Shown: positions 9,976 through 20,883, counted from the first letter of the stretch. The stretch: 64,000 bases of DNA from an uncultured candidate division Zixibacteria bacterium (GCA_963668625.2 CAXXKA010000008.1:832001-896000); one strand, 5' to 3'. Notes: a model not told the origin generated them from the letters alone. Program-made: numbers and translations.

Positions 9976-11055
9976 ATGGTAAGATATATCAAGAAAATAT
10001 CCAATAAAATCGGCCTGAAACCGGGTACCCCGACTTATATAGGGGAGCACAGACAGGATAAAGTTGTAATAGACATAATCGATTATAACGAGGATAATTT
10101 CAACCACGAATTGAGTATATCAACCGATCAATGCCTCGAATACCGCGATACCGAAACTACCACCTGGATCAACGTAACCGGGCTTCACGATATCCCTATT
10201 ATCGAAAAGCTCGGTAAGCATTTCGGCATACATCCCCTGATGCTGGAGGATTTGACCAATACGGCGCATCGACCCAAGCTGGAGATATCGGAGAATTACA
10301 TATTCATAATCATAAAAATGCTTCAACTCAATAACGAGGATGTTATCGAAACCGAACAGGTCAGTTTGGTATTCGGCAGCAACTGGGTTGTCTCGTTTCA
10401 AGAACATGCCGGAGACGTATTCGGCCCCGTGCGAAAGCGTATCGAGAAATCATCCCCCCGGCAGAGATTCCTTAACACCGACTACCTGGCGTATTCGCTT
10501 CTTGATGCCGTTGTGGATAATTATTTTCTGATATTGGAGAACCTGGCCGAGAGAATAGAGGACGTGGATGAGGAACTTACTATCGAACCCCGGCAGGAGA
10601 ACCTGAAATATATTCATCACCTTAAACGCGAGCTGATATATATGCGCAAAGCTGTTTGGCCATTGCGCGAGGTTATCTCCGGATTGGAACGGATCGAGAC
10701 CGATCAAGTCAACAGCCGGACTAAACCTTACATTCGTGACCTGTATGAACACGTAATACAGGTCGTGGATACGGTCGAAACCTATCGTGATTTGGTTTCT
10801 GGTCTCCTGGATATCTACCTGTCCTCGGTCAGTAATCGGATGAACGAGGTGATGAAAGTCCTGACGATAATAGCGACCATTTTCATACCACTTTCTTTTT
10901 TGGCAGGCGTTTACGGAATGAATTTCGATACCTCGGCAAGCCCATTCAACCTGCCTGAGCTGGGTTTCCGTTACGGCTACCCGCTTTTCTGGCTGGTATC
11001 ACTGATTGTCGGAGGCGGCCTGTTTTTATTCTTCAAATCCAAAAAATGGCTTTGA
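9976..11055 (+). CDS. corA: Magnesium/cobalt transporter CorA
   Basis: GLKPGT N-terminus, MNEVMKVLT, GVYGMNF signature, two C-terminal TM helices. Confidence 0.95.
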   Translation: MVRYIKKISNKIGLKPGTPTYIGEHRQDKVVIDIIDYNEDNFNHELSISTDQCLEYRDTETTTWINVTGLHDIPIIEKLGKHFGIHPLMLEDLTNTAHRPKLEISENYIFIIIKMLQLNNEDVIETEQVSLVFGSNWVVSFQEHAGDVFGPVRKRIEKSSPRQRFLNTDYLAYSLLDAVVDNYFLILENLAERIEDVDEELTIEPRQENLKYIHHLKRELIYMRKAVWPLREVISGLERIETDQVNSRTKPYIRDLYEHVIQVVDTVETYRDLVSGLLDIYLSSVSNRMNEVMKVLTIIATIFIPLSFLAGVYGMNFDTSASPFNLPELGFRYGYPLFWLVSLIVGGGLFLFFKSKKWL

Positions 11056-11071
11056 TGGAAAGGGATAATTC

Positions 11072-11974
11072 ATGGATATAAATTTCAAAGAATTCTGGGA
11101 AATAACGATTACCTGGCTTACTACCTCGGGGCTACGCGTGGCACTGATAATAATATTGGCGCTTATCGCCACCAAAATTGCGGCTATGGTATCCAACAGA
11201 ATATTCAAGCCTTTTACGAAAATCCAAAACGGCCCGGAGATTGAGAAACGCGCCAGAACCTTGAGCTCGCTAATAAGGTACATTCTTCATATTTCGATAC
11301 TGGGCGTGTCGGTCGTAATGGTACTCGGCGAATTCGGCATCGATATCGGCCCGATAATCGCTGCCGCCGGCGTGGTCGGCCTGGCTATCGGTTTCGGGGC
11401 CCAGCACCTGGTTCAGGATATAATCAGCGGCTTTTTCATACTCATGGATGACCAGATACGAGTCGGGGATGTCGTCAATATCGGAGGCCAGGGCGGTCTT
11501 GTCGAACGGGTAAACCTTCGTATGACAGTGCTACGCGATCTCTCAGGCAGCGTACATTTCATCCGCAACGGCCAGATAAATATCGTTACCAACATGACCA
11601 AAGATTTCTCCTATTATGTGCTGGAAATCGGCATAGCATATCGAGAAAATGTCGATGATGTAATTGAGGTAGTCAAAAAAATTGATGAGGAATTGCGGGC
11701 CGACTCCGAATACGGTTCTCAGATTCTCGAACCGATAGAGATACTGGGGCTGGATAAATTCGCCGATTCGGCTATTATAATAAAAGCCCGAATAAAAACC
11801 GTTCCGATCAAGCAATGGTGGGTGGGGCGAGAGTTCAACAGGCGAATGAAAATTAAATTCGATGAACTTGGTATCGAGATACCCTTCCCGCATGTCACTT
11901 TGTACGCCGGGCAGGATAAGGACGGCAAAGCGGCGGCGTTTCATCTTCTAAACCAAACCGAAAAGGACAAGTGA
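11072..11974 (+). CDS. Small-conductance mechanosensitive channel (YbiO-like MscS)
   Basis: GLAIGFGAQHLVQDIISGFF, IRVGDVV, GIEIPFP. Confidence 0.92.
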   Translation: MDINFKEFWEITITWLTTSGLRVALIIILALIATKIAAMVSNRIFKPFTKIQNGPEIEKRARTLSSLIRYILHISILGVSVVMVLGEFGIDIGPIIAAAGVVGLAIGFGAQHLVQDIISGFFILMDDQIRVGDVVNIGGQGGLVERVNLRMTVLRDLSGSVHFIRNGQINIVTNMTKDFSYYVLEIGIAYRENVDDVIEVVKKIDEELRADSEYGSQILEPIEILGLDKFADSAIIIKARIKTVPIKQWWVGREFNRRMKIKFDELGIEIPFPHVTLYAGQDKDGKAAAFHLLNQTEKDK

Positions 11975-12864
11975 TTAATTTACTGAAAATACAAGAGGCG
12001 TACGAGTTCATCACCCATTTCATAGGTGGACTTATAGACCGGGCGGACAAACATCACCTGTTTTTAATGGCCGGTGGATTGGCTTTCTCGCTATTCGTTT
12101 GTATCGTACCTTTTATTCTCATCATATTCGCGGCGCTGGGTAATATACTCGAGAGACCCTCAATAGCCGGCGAGATACAGAATTTCATTCATCGGATGAT
12201 TCCTTATCGGGCATACGCCGTTAAACTCGAGGAGATCGTGTTCAGCCGGGTCAGTGAATTCACCATCTATAAAAACCTCGCCGGCGTACTGGGCATGTTA
12301 GGTTTGTTTTTCGCCGCCAGTGGCTTGTTTTCCAGTATGAGAACGATTTTAAACAGCGTTTTTCATGTGGTTTCATCTCAGCCGTTTTTCATCGGCAAAC
12401 TTCGTGATTTGGGCCTGGTGATTATGGTGATGGTATATTTTCTGCTTTCGACAACGATTTTACCAACCCTCGATATCGTAGGAGAGCTATCCGACAAGTT
12501 CGCATTTCTACAATTATTCAAGCTGGGATTTGTCGAGGATTTGATACTGGCCGCTTTTTCGTTTCTGGTGATACTGTTTTTCTTTTTTACGCTGTATTAT
12601 CTCATCCCTCAACAGAAAATACCCAAACGGGTTATACTGGTAAGCGCCGTCTCGGCGGCGTTTTTATGGGAGCTGGCCAAACAGGTATTCGGGCTGTATA
12701 TCGCTCATGTCGTTACCTTAAAAAAGGTATATGGAGCTTACGTGTTCCTGATAATCTCCGCTTCCTGGGTGTATTATACCTCGGTGGTATTTATCGTTGG
12801 TGCGGAAATCGGGCAATTATACAGGGAATGGATAAATCGTAAAACATTATATGGCTCTCATTAG
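11971..12864 (+). CDS. YihY/virulence factor BrkB family membrane protein
   Basis: AGGLAFSLF, YGAY..LI..WVYY...GAEI pattern, multi-TM. Confidence 0.85.
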   Translation: MINLLKIQEAYEFITHFIGGLIDRADKHHLFLMAGGLAFSLFVCIVPFILIIFAALGNILERPSIAGEIQNFIHRMIPYRAYAVKLEEIVFSRVSEFTIYKNLAGVLGMLGLFFAASGLFSSMRTILNSVFHVVSSQPFFIGKLRDLGLVIMVMVYFLLSTTILPTLDIVGELSDKFAFLQLFKLGFVEDLILAAFSFLVILFFFFTLYYLIPQQKIPKRVILVSAVSAAFLWELAKQVFGLYIAHVVTLKKVYGAYVFLIISASWVYYTSVVFIVGAEIGQLYREWINRKTLYGSH

Positions 12865-13106
12865 TTTTATATTATTGATGATTGGATTTTCAACGGGCAA
12901 ATGAGATGTGATCAATAATAGGCTGACTGTTTCCGGGCCATTATATGTTTGATCCCGGGATCAATTGGCTTGGTATCGAATTACACATTGCAGGGGCGGA
13001 GATCGATCAAACCGATTAGATAGGCACCCGGTGGCGGTTTGCCCCGAATATAATCAATTAATAAACTTTAACCAGAAAATACGATGAAACGAGGAACAAG
13101 TAGGAA

Positions 13107-14945
13107 ATGTCCGAACATCTCTTAATAGGCTTAGCCGGTATAATCTCGTTAGGTATCGCCGCCCAGTGGCTTTCCTGGCGTCTTCACCTACCGTCTATAT
13201 TGGTACTCCTAATATTCGGATTCGGAGCCGGACCGGTATTTCACATAATCAATCCCGATGAGTTATTCGGCGAACTGCTCTTTCCGCTTGTTTCTGTTTC
13301 GGTCGGCATTGTCCTTTTCGAGGGAGGCTTGAGCCTTCGCTTTAGAGACCTGAAAACCACCGGCCACGAAATAAGAAACATGGTAACAATCGGTATCCTG
13401 ATTACCTGGGTGCTGATAGCCGCAATCGCGTATTTTCTGATCGGTTTGCAGCTCGAGCAGGCGGCTCTAATCGGCGCGATACTCATCGTAACCGGACCAA
13501 CAGTCATCATACCACTTCTCAGGCAGGTGCGTCCCTCTCGCAAAGTGGCGGCGATCGTCAAATGGGAAGGTATCATAAACGATCCGATAGGCGCGATATT
13601 GGCGGTACTGGTATTCGAGGCTATCGTGGCAGTCGGTATGCAGGAGGGCACTTATGTCGTTGCGCTGGGAGTAGCTAAGGCGTTGTTTTTAGGCGGCCTC
13701 ATTGGTGTTGCAGGGGCGGCTTTGATGATCGTTCTGCTTCGGTTTTACCTCATCCCGGACTACCTACAAAACCCCGTCTCGTTGATGGTGGTGGTAATAT
13801 CGTTCGCCGGAGCCAACGTTATACAGCCCGAATCCGGATTGTTGGCAGTAACTGTCATGGGTGTAGCGTTAGCCAATCAGAAATATGTCTCGATAAAACA
13901 TATAATAGAATTCAAAGAGAACCTTCGGGTAATACTCATATCGAGCCTTTTTATAATCCTTTCCGCCCGTATAACAGTCGACCAACTGGCGCTATTCAAG
14001 GGTGCAAACTGGATATTCGTGGCTGTGCTGATCATCGCGGTAAGACCTATCGCCGTGTACCTCTCGACGATTGGCTCGAAACTGAAATTCAATGAGAAAA
14101 CATTCATCGCCTGGATGGCTCCGCGTGGTATCGTGGCGGCGGCCGTCTCCTCGGTGTTTGCTGTCAGGCTGGAGGAGATCGGTTTTCAAAACAGCGAGAT
14201 AATCGTCCCGCTGGTATTCCAGGTAATAATCGGGACAGTCGTCGTATACGGCTTATCCGCCTCGCCGGTAGCCCGGTTATTGAAAGTTTCCGAGCCCAAC
14301 CCGCAAGGAGTGCTTTTTATAGGAGCCCAAGATTGGGCCCAGGAGATAGCCCGCGTGTTCCGCGAGGAGGGATTGAAAGTCGCCCTGGTGGATTCCAACT
14401 GGTCACACGTAACCGAGGCTCGTAAAACCGGCTGCCTGGCATATTACGGCAACGCACTATCGGATAATTTCCTCAATGAGATCGAGTTGGATGGCATAGG
14501 CAAACTGTTCGCGTTGACCTCCAATGATGAGGTGAACTCGCTGGCGGCGCTTCACTTTGCAGACCTGTTCGAACGCAACGACGTGTTCCAGATTCCGCCG
14601 AAAAGCCGTAGTTCCAGCCAGAGATCGGGGGGTATCGCTCCGCATCTGAGGGGGCGCTTTTTATTCGATGAAAAATCGACTTTCGATTATTTGAGCGAAT
14701 GCTTCAACTCGGGAGCTGTTGTTAAACGAACCGATATCACCGAGGAATTCAACTATGATGATTTCATAAAGATATACAAAGATTCCTACATCCCGGTAGC
14801 CCTGATCACCGAATCGAAGGATCTCAAGGTTTTTACAGTAGGCAGTAGCCGCAAACCGCAGGCAGGCGAGGTTCTGGTTAGTATCGTAAAACCCGAACAG
14901 TGCAATATCACGCCTGGTAACAATGGAAGTATCAAAAATATTTAA
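13107..14945 (+). CDS. CPA1 cation:proton antiporter with C-terminal TrkA-N/RCK-like domain
   Basis: LFEGGL, VTGPTVIIP, WEGIINDPIG, WMAPRGIVAA; C-terminal LFIGA..ALVDSN..YGNAL. Confidence 0.9.
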   Translation: MSEHLLIGLAGIISLGIAAQWLSWRLHLPSILVLLIFGFGAGPVFHIINPDELFGELLFPLVSVSVGIVLFEGGLSLRFRDLKTTGHEIRNMVTIGILITWVLIAAIAYFLIGLQLEQAALIGAILIVTGPTVIIPLLRQVRPSRKVAAIVKWEGIINDPIGAILAVLVFEAIVAVGMQEGTYVVALGVAKALFLGGLIGVAGAALMIVLLRFYLIPDYLQNPVSLMVVVISFAGANVIQPESGLLAVTVMGVALANQKYVSIKHIIEFKENLRVILISSLFIILSARITVDQLALFKGANWIFVAVLIIAVRPIAVYLSTIGSKLKFNEKTFIAWMAPRGIVAAAVSSVFAVRLEEIGFQNSEIIVPLVFQVIIGTVVVYGLSASPVARLLKVSEPNPQGVLFIGAQDWAQEIARVFREEGLKVALVDSNWSHVTEARKTGCLAYYGNALSDNFLNEIELDGIGKLFALTSNDEVNSLAALHFADLFERNDVFQIPPKSRSSSQRSGGIAPHLRGRFLFDEKSTFDYLSECFNSGAVVKRTDITEEFNYDDFIKIYKDSYIPVALITESKDLKVFTVGSSRKPQAGEVLVSIVKPEQCNITPGNNGSIKNI

Positions 14946-14959
14946 AATACCAGGAGGGG

Positions 14960-15886
14960 ATGATGGAAATTCCTGAGAGCATTAGTGGAATTTATAATGT
15001 CGTAAGTAGTATTCTCGATATCGAGTTGTTCCAGATCAATCATAAACCTATCAGCTTGATGTCGCTTCTGATGTTCATTCTGGTCGTAATCGTGTTTTTC
15101 ATCATCTCGAAGATATTTACCCGGTTTATCCTTCGTTCCATTCTTTCCCGTTTCGATATCGAACGAGGCCTGAAATTTAACCTTCTGAGAATAAGCCACT
15201 ACCTGGTGATGATAACCGGCACGGTAATAGCATTCCAATTTATCGGTATCGATTTAGCCGGGTTGGCAGTAATATTCGGGCTGCTTTCGGTAGGTATAGG
15301 TTTCGGCCTTCAAAACGTGACCTCTAATTTCATCTCCGGTTTGATACTTTTATTCGAGCGGCCGATCAAGGTTGGCGACCGGGTAACGGTCGGCGATGTA
15401 GAGGGGGACGTTATCGCGATTAACATGCGTTCCACTACCGTACGCACGTTAACCAATATCGCTATTATAGTGCCCAACTCCGATTTCATCTCCGGCAAAG
15501 TGACCAACTGGTCATACGGTGATACCAAAGTTCGCCTCGATGTTCCGGTCGGGGTATCATACGGCTCGGATATCGACATAGTGATCAAGGCCTTAAAAGA
15601 GGTGGCCGGGGAGCATTCCCGAGTATTGAAAAATCCTACTCCCAACGTGTTGCTATCGAATTTCGGCGACTCCTCCTGGGACATGCAATTGCGTGTCTGG
15701 TTGCCGAATACCAGTGCTTACTATATCACGAAATCCGAAATCAATATGGCGATAGTGAGGAAATTCCGTAAGTACGAAATAGAAATACCTTTCCCCCAGA
15801 GAGACCTGCATGTTCGTTCGCCACTGCCGGTACCCCTTAAGAACACCGGGACGGGCCCAGGAGACGATTTGCCAAGCAAGTCGTAA
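14960..15886 (+). CDS. Mechanosensitive ion channel MscS family
   Basis: VGIGFGLQNVTSNFISGLILLFERPIKVGD, IEIPFPQRDLH. Confidence 0.93.
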   Translation: MMEIPESISGIYNVVSSILDIELFQINHKPISLMSLLMFILVVIVFFIISKIFTRFILRSILSRFDIERGLKFNLLRISHYLVMITGTVIAFQFIGIDLAGLAVIFGLLSVGIGFGLQNVTSNFISGLILLFERPIKVGDRVTVGDVEGDVIAINMRSTTVRTLTNIAIIVPNSDFISGKVTNWSYGDTKVRLDVPVGVSYGSDIDIVIKALKEVAGEHSRVLKNPTPNVLLSNFGDSSWDMQLRVWLPNTSAYYITKSEINMAIVRKFRKYEIEIPFPQRDLHVRSPLPVPLKNTGTGPGDDLPSKS

Positions 15887-16096
15887 CCGGTTATCTATCA
15901 TATATCTGTATTCGCATTAATCAAAAAGCCGTTGCATAATTCGTATAGTATACTATATTGTTCTTAACTAACGGCTTAAAACGCGGTAACTTCAAAATAT
16001 AGCTTATCTTAAATACTCGCTTCAAGCCGCAAGCTATAGTTATGAGGATTTACTCGAGTGAGATTAATAGCAATTTCAGATACAAGAGAGAGGGTT

Positions 16097-19000
16097 ATGA
16101 ATAAAGCTATATCTGTTTTTATTGGGGTAATTCTACTTTGCGGGATCGCGAGTGCGGAGTTTGTCGAGATCGATAATTTCATCGGTTCGAAAATAGAGGT
16201 GCTCGAATCGAGCCAGACTCGAACGGTTATATCTTTAAAAATCGGCTCTTTCGAGCAAAACCCGGTTACTATCGACGGCCAACCTTATCTTGAATTGAAC
16301 TTACCCGGTGAACCTGTAATGCACCACAAAGGAAAACCGGCGCTACCCTATCTCTGCCGAAGTATTATCATCCCGGATGACGCCCGGATGCGCTTGAACA
16401 TATTGAAATCCAGCTATATCGAATACGAATCCTCTCCGGTTGCCCCCTCTAAGGGGCATATCAAAAGAACGATGAACCCGGAGACGGTGGAATACACTTT
16501 CGATGATATATATCAAACCGATAAGTGGTATCCCTCCTCTCAGGCCAATAGCCGCGAGCCTTATATTTTGCGAGATTTGCGCGGTACGGTTATCGAATTT
16601 TATCCATTCCAGTATAATCCGGCTACGAAAACCGTTCGCGTATATACCGAACTGGAGATTGAGGTTGTCAACGACGGCTATAGTTCGGTTAACGTTTTCG
16701 ATCGCGAGGAACCGTTCACGAAAGTTGATCCGAGTTTCGATCGGCTTTATAAGAATCATTTCTTGAATTATGAAAACGGCGCTCTCTTATACGATCCCGT
16801 TACAGAGACCGGTGATATGCTTATAATATCCGCCAACGATTATCTCACCGACATGATTTCATTCAAAGAATGGAAAAACCAGAAAGGCATACGCACGACT
16901 CTCATTAGCGTATCCATTGTCGGAAATAATGCCGCATCAATTGCCGATTTCATACAGGTATATTACGATTCGACCGATTTAGCCTGGATACTGCTTGTCG
17001 GGGATGCCGACGATGTGGCCACACCCTACTACTCCGGGGGCTCCTCCGATCCCAGTTACGCTAAGGTGGCGGGTAGTGATGATTACCCGGATTGCTTTAT
17101 CGGCAGGTTCTCGGCCGAATCGCCCGCTCATATCCAAACCCAGGTAGACAGAACGATAAATTACGAGAAATATCCTCAATTCGGTGAGAGCTGGTATAAT
17201 CACGCCGCCGGTATCGCCTCCAGTCTCGGCCCCGGGCATTACGGTGAATACGATGACGAGCATATGGATTATATCCGTGATGACCTTCTGGGGTACAATT
17301 TCTCCACTGTCGATCGCATATACGATCCCGCCGCCAACCCCCAGATGGTAGGTGATTCGTTGAACCTCGGGCGCAGCTTTATTAACTATATCGGGCATGG
17401 AAGTATCACTGGCTGGGGAAGTTCGGATTTCAACAATTCTCATATTAATAATCTCACCAATGATTATAAATTACCGTTCATATTCAGTGTGGCCTGCGAT
17501 AACGGCATATTCGATGGTTACACCTGTTTCGGCGAGGCCTGGACCCGGGCGACCAACAATACCACCGGCAATCCCACCGGGGCAATGGCCGCGTATATGT
17601 CATCCATAAGCCAGGATTGGGATCCACCTATGTACGCCCAGGATGAAGCCAACGACCTTCTTTCCTCCGAAACGAGTCTGACTTTCGGCGGCATATGCTA
17701 TAACGGCTCCTGCGCCATGATAGATATCGATTATTCCAGCGGAGTTTTGCATTATGACACCTGGCATATATTCGGCGATCCCTCGGTGTGGTTGACTACG
17801 ACCTCGCCGGAGGCAATGAATATAATTCACGATGAGGCTATTGTCTTCAATGCTGAACAGCTTACTGTTAACACCGGTACAGAGGCCGCATTGTGTGCGC
17901 TTTACGGCGATGGTGTATTGTACGGAGCAACCTATGCCAACCCCTCCGGAACCGCGATAATAGATATACAGGAATTGCTTCCCGTAAACGAGGTATACAA
18001 CATAACGGTGACCGCGCCCAACAAGCTTACCTATATCGGAGAGATCACGGCTATCGCTCCCTCCGGCGCTTATGTAGTATACGATTCGTATACCGTGAAC
18101 GACTATTCGGGTAATAATAACGGTATGATAGATTTCGGCGAAACCGTTGACCTGGGTGTGCTGCTCGAAAATATTGGCCCCGATGACGCCGTCTCGGTTA
18201 CGGCGACTTTGTCCACGGAGGATAGTTTCGTAACAGTGATAGACTCAACCGAAACGTTCGGCGATATTGCCGGAAATTCGGGCACCACATATGTCAGCGA
18301 CGCCTACCGAATCGAGCTATCACCGGACACCCCCGATGCCTATTCGATCCCGATGCATCTTGAGATAACCGGGAGCTCGAGGGATACCTGGCATAGCGAT
18401 TTCGTTATCGTTTCGCATGCTCCGGTTCTGGAGTACGCCGATTTCTACCTGGATGACAGCGCCGGAAACGGTAATGGTATACTCGAGGCGAATGAAACCG
18501 CCAACTTATCGATTAGTTTGATTAATAACGGTAGCGGCCATGCCTATTCGGTGAGCGGTGTACTTTCGGAAAACGACAACTATATCTCGATAAGCGATCC
18601 TGACGGTGTTTATGGAGATATTTTAGGCGGACATGAGGTAGATAACGCCTCGGATGTTTTCACTATCTCGGCCTCGGCCGGTTTCCCGCATAGCTACAGT
18701 GTCGAGTTAAATCTCACTTTAACTGGCGATGGCGGCTATAGCCACACAATTCAATTCAGCTTGAAAAACACCGAATCATTCGAGCAAAATAATGGCGGTT
18801 ACACCGGCACAGGGGGCTGGCAATGGGGCGAACCAACCTCGGGACCCGGAACTGCTTATTTCGGTGAAAAAGTATGGGGAACAGTGCTGGGAGATAACTA
18901 CAATACCGAGTCGGATGATTATCTAACCGGCCCGGAATACCATATCTATTCGGATGAGGCGCAACTCGAATTCTACCACTGGTACGAAATAGAGGATTAT

Positions 19001-19921
19001 TGGGATGGCGGTAATGTTCAGATATCTACTAATGGTGGCTCCTCATGGGAGGTAATAACACCGGTTGGGGATTACCCCCACGGCGGTATTTATACCCTGG
19101 GCGGCCCCGGTTATTGCAATAACTCCGGCCGCTGGCTTCAGGCGGTATTTAATATCGGCGCCTATCAGGGGCAGGATGTCATGTTTAGGTGGCATTTTGT
19201 CAGTGATGAGTATGTCGAGGAGGCCGGCTGGTATATCGATGATGTGGCCATTCTCAATAACGCCGTTCAACTGCCCGTCTTATCCTTTGAGCCCGATTCG
19301 ATTACTCAAACGCTCGAGGAGGGCGAACAAATAGCTACGGATATGATTATTACGAACAATGGCAATGCCAATCTAATATATCATCTCTCTAGCCAGGATA
19401 CCTGGATCGAACCCGATGAAACATATTACACTGTCGAACCTCAACAATTCGACACCGTAAGTGTCAGCCTGAATGCTCAATCGCTGGAACCGGGAGTATA
19501 CACGGGTATCATAACGATTAACTCCAACGATCCGGCAAATGAAACCGCCGATATCAATGTCAGTTTAACGGTCACCTCCGGCTATCAGTGCGAATATATG
19601 CCCGGCGATGTGAACGGCGATCTGCTCATTATCGGCAGCGATGTTTCCTATGCGGTCAACTACTTCCGGGGAGTGGGTGATTGCCCGCCCGATAGCTGTT
19701 TCAACGAACATAATCAGTCGTGGCTGTATGTCGCTGCTGATGTTAACGGTGATTGTGCTTTCATTGGCAGTGATGTTACATACCTGGTAAACTATTTCAG
19801 GGGCATTTCACCATCGCCGCTATATTGTGAATATTTACCTCCCCCAAGTGTAACAAATGAAATCTCTATTGACGAAAAAAGCAATAATCAGTCAAAAAGT
19901 GTGGAAATCTATAAAAAATAA
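16097..19921 (+). CDS. Secreted C25 (gingipain-like) cysteine peptidase with propeptide, Ig-like/accessory domains and C-terminal dockerin-like module
   Basis: Signal peptide, propeptide (PFQYNP), IGRFSA, catalytic YIGHG and SVACD, FGDPS; C-terminal PGDVNGD..GSDVSYAVNYFR and ADVNGDC..GSDVTYLVNYFR. Confidence 0.9.
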   Translation: MNKAISVFIGVILLCGIASAEFVEIDNFIGSKIEVLESSQTRTVISLKIGSFEQNPVTIDGQPYLELNLPGEPVMHHKGKPALPYLCRSIIIPDDARMRLNILKSSYIEYESSPVAPSKGHIKRTMNPETVEYTFDDIYQTDKWYPSSQANSREPYILRDLRGTVIEFYPFQYNPATKTVRVYTELEIEVVNDGYSSVNVFDREEPFTKVDPSFDRLYKNHFLNYENGALLYDPVTETGDMLIISANDYLTDMISFKEWKNQKGIRTTLISVSIVGNNAASIADFIQVYYDSTDLAWILLVGDADDVATPYYSGGSSDPSYAKVAGSDDYPDCFIGRFSAESPAHIQTQVDRTINYEKYPQFGESWYNHAAGIASSLGPGHYGEYDDEHMDYIRDDLLGYNFSTVDRIYDPAANPQMVGDSLNLGRSFINYIGHGSITGWGSSDFNNSHINNLTNDYKLPFIFSVACDNGIFDGYTCFGEAWTRATNNTTGNPTGAMAAYMSSISQDWDPPMYAQDEANDLLSSETSLTFGGICYNGSCAMIDIDYSSGVLHYDTWHIFGDPSVWLTTTSPEAMNIIHDEAIVFNAEQLTVNTGTEAALCALYGDGVLYGATYANPSGTAIIDIQELLPVNEVYNITVTAPNKLTYIGEITAIAPSGAYVVYDSYTVNDYSGNNNGMIDFGETVDLGVLLENIGPDDAVSVTATLSTEDSFVTVIDSTETFGDIAGNSGTTYVSDAYRIELSPDTPDAYSIPMHLEITGSSRDTWHSDFVIVSHAPVLEYADFYLDDSAGNGNGILEANETANLSISLINNGSGHAYSVSGVLSENDNYISISDPDGVYGDILGGHEVDNASDVFTISASAGFPHSYSVELNLTLTGDGGYSHTIQFSLKNTESFEQNNGGYTGTGGWQWGEPTSGPGTAYFGEKVWGTVLGDNYNTESDDYLTGPEYHIYSDEAQLEFYHWYEIEDYWDGGNVQISTNGGSSWEVITPVGDYPHGGIYTLGGPGYCNNSGRWLQAVFNIGAYQGQDVMFRWHFVSDEYVEEAGWYIDDVAILNNAVQLPVLSFEPDSITQTLEEGEQIATDMIITNNGNANLIYHLSSQDTWIEPDETYYTVEPQQFDTVSVSLNAQSLEPGVYTGIITINSNDPANETADINVSLTVTSGYQCEYMPGDVNGDLLIIGSDVSYAVNYFRGVGDCPPDSCFNEHNQSWLYVAADVNGDCAFIGSDVTYLVNYFRGISPSPLYCEYLPPPSVTNEISIDEKSNNQSKSVEIYKK

Positions 19922-19949
19922 ATGAAACATCAAAACTAAAATAATTATA

Positions 19950-19972
19950 AGGCGGCTATAGGGGCCGCCTTA
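19950..19972. terminator. Hairpin (probable terminator) after the C25 gene
   Basis: aaggcggc-tatagg-ggccgcctt inverted repeat in AT-rich context. Confidence 0.55.
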
Positions 19973-20078
19973 ATTATATTCATATAGCATTAAATAACAA
20001 CAGGTTAACTGCATTTAAAAATTACACAAAAACTCAACAAATCACGCATGATAAATATAAATAATCGTAACTTTATAT

Positions 20079-20107
20079 TTATCAACATTTTTCACAAGTT
20101 ATCCACA
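20079..20107 (+). promoter_or_regulatory. Three tandem DnaA boxes
   Basis: TTATCAACA (20079-87), TTTTTCACA (20088-96), TTATCCACA (20099-107) versus consensus TTWTNCACA. Confidence 0.65.
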
Positions 20108-20202
20108 TCCATGCTAAAGCCCGGGCTTTTTCTGACGATATCCTCATTAAAGGTATCAAAATAGATAATGTTGGAAAGACTTAACGATCCGGGGATGATT
20201 AT

Positions 20203-20883
20203 ATGGACAAGCGAAAATTAGTATTTGCTGGCAACAGCAAGGCGGTAATCACCGATGAGCAAATGAATTCTCAGCTGGAGAATTTTTATCGTCGCGAGGT
20301 TACTAAAACCGGCTTTAGCAAATCTAATATGAATATCGATGAATCTAAAATAGACAAGATAGTACTTGCATATATCGAAAATTACTACTACAGGTTCGGT
20401 ACCGGTTTGTTCCTTCAGGGGGATACTTTCTCCGGTAAAACATGCCATCTGAAATATATCGCCTACCGGATATTTCAGGAGGCGGGTTTTTACGGCCTGG
20501 CTGACAGCCCCGATAGATTCGAGTACTGGAGTTCGCCGGCAAAAGGCAGCTTGATGTATCTTCATCCGCTTTCGATTATCACCAACTTCAATCGTATAAC
20601 CGATGATAAACTGGTTGATTTCATAAAAAGCGCCGTGACCGTGGAATATTTGTTTATTGATGACATCGATCGTATTGCGGATAAACACAGTTTATTGCGT
20701 CTGGAGAATATCATAGAGCGCCGTTATTCATCCAGCATGACAACTATTATAACCTCGACGAAGGACGCGAACAAATTAAAATCGCGAGTAACCTATAAGA
20801 GGATAATGCGGATATTGCACGAGTCATGTCAGTTCGTGCAGTTACAAACGGAACCGCATCAATATGATATACGGTTTGCCTGA
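20203..20883 (+). CDS. DnaC/IstB-like AAA+ ATPase
   Basis: GLFLQGDTFSGKT (Walker A), YLFIDDID (Walker B), IIERRY...TTIITS. Confidence 0.72.
   Translation: MDKRKLVFAGNSKAVITDEQMNSQLENFYRREVTKTGFSKSNMNIDESKIDKIVLAYIENYYYRFGTGLFLQGDTFSGKTCHLKYIAYRIFQEAGFYGLADSPDRFEYWSSPAKGSLMYLHPLSIITNFNRITDDKLVDFIKSAVTVEYLFIDDIDRIADKHSLLRLENIIERRYSSSMTTIITSTKDANKLKSRVTYKRIMRILHESCQFVQLQTEPHQYDIRFA

Noticed and set aside
12870-13100. Possible ion-sensing riboswitch upstream of the CPA1 antiporter
   Set aside because: Only a weak wobble-rich stem (ggggcgga/tttgcccc); no conserved c-di-AMP, Na+ or Li+ riboswitch motif recognised
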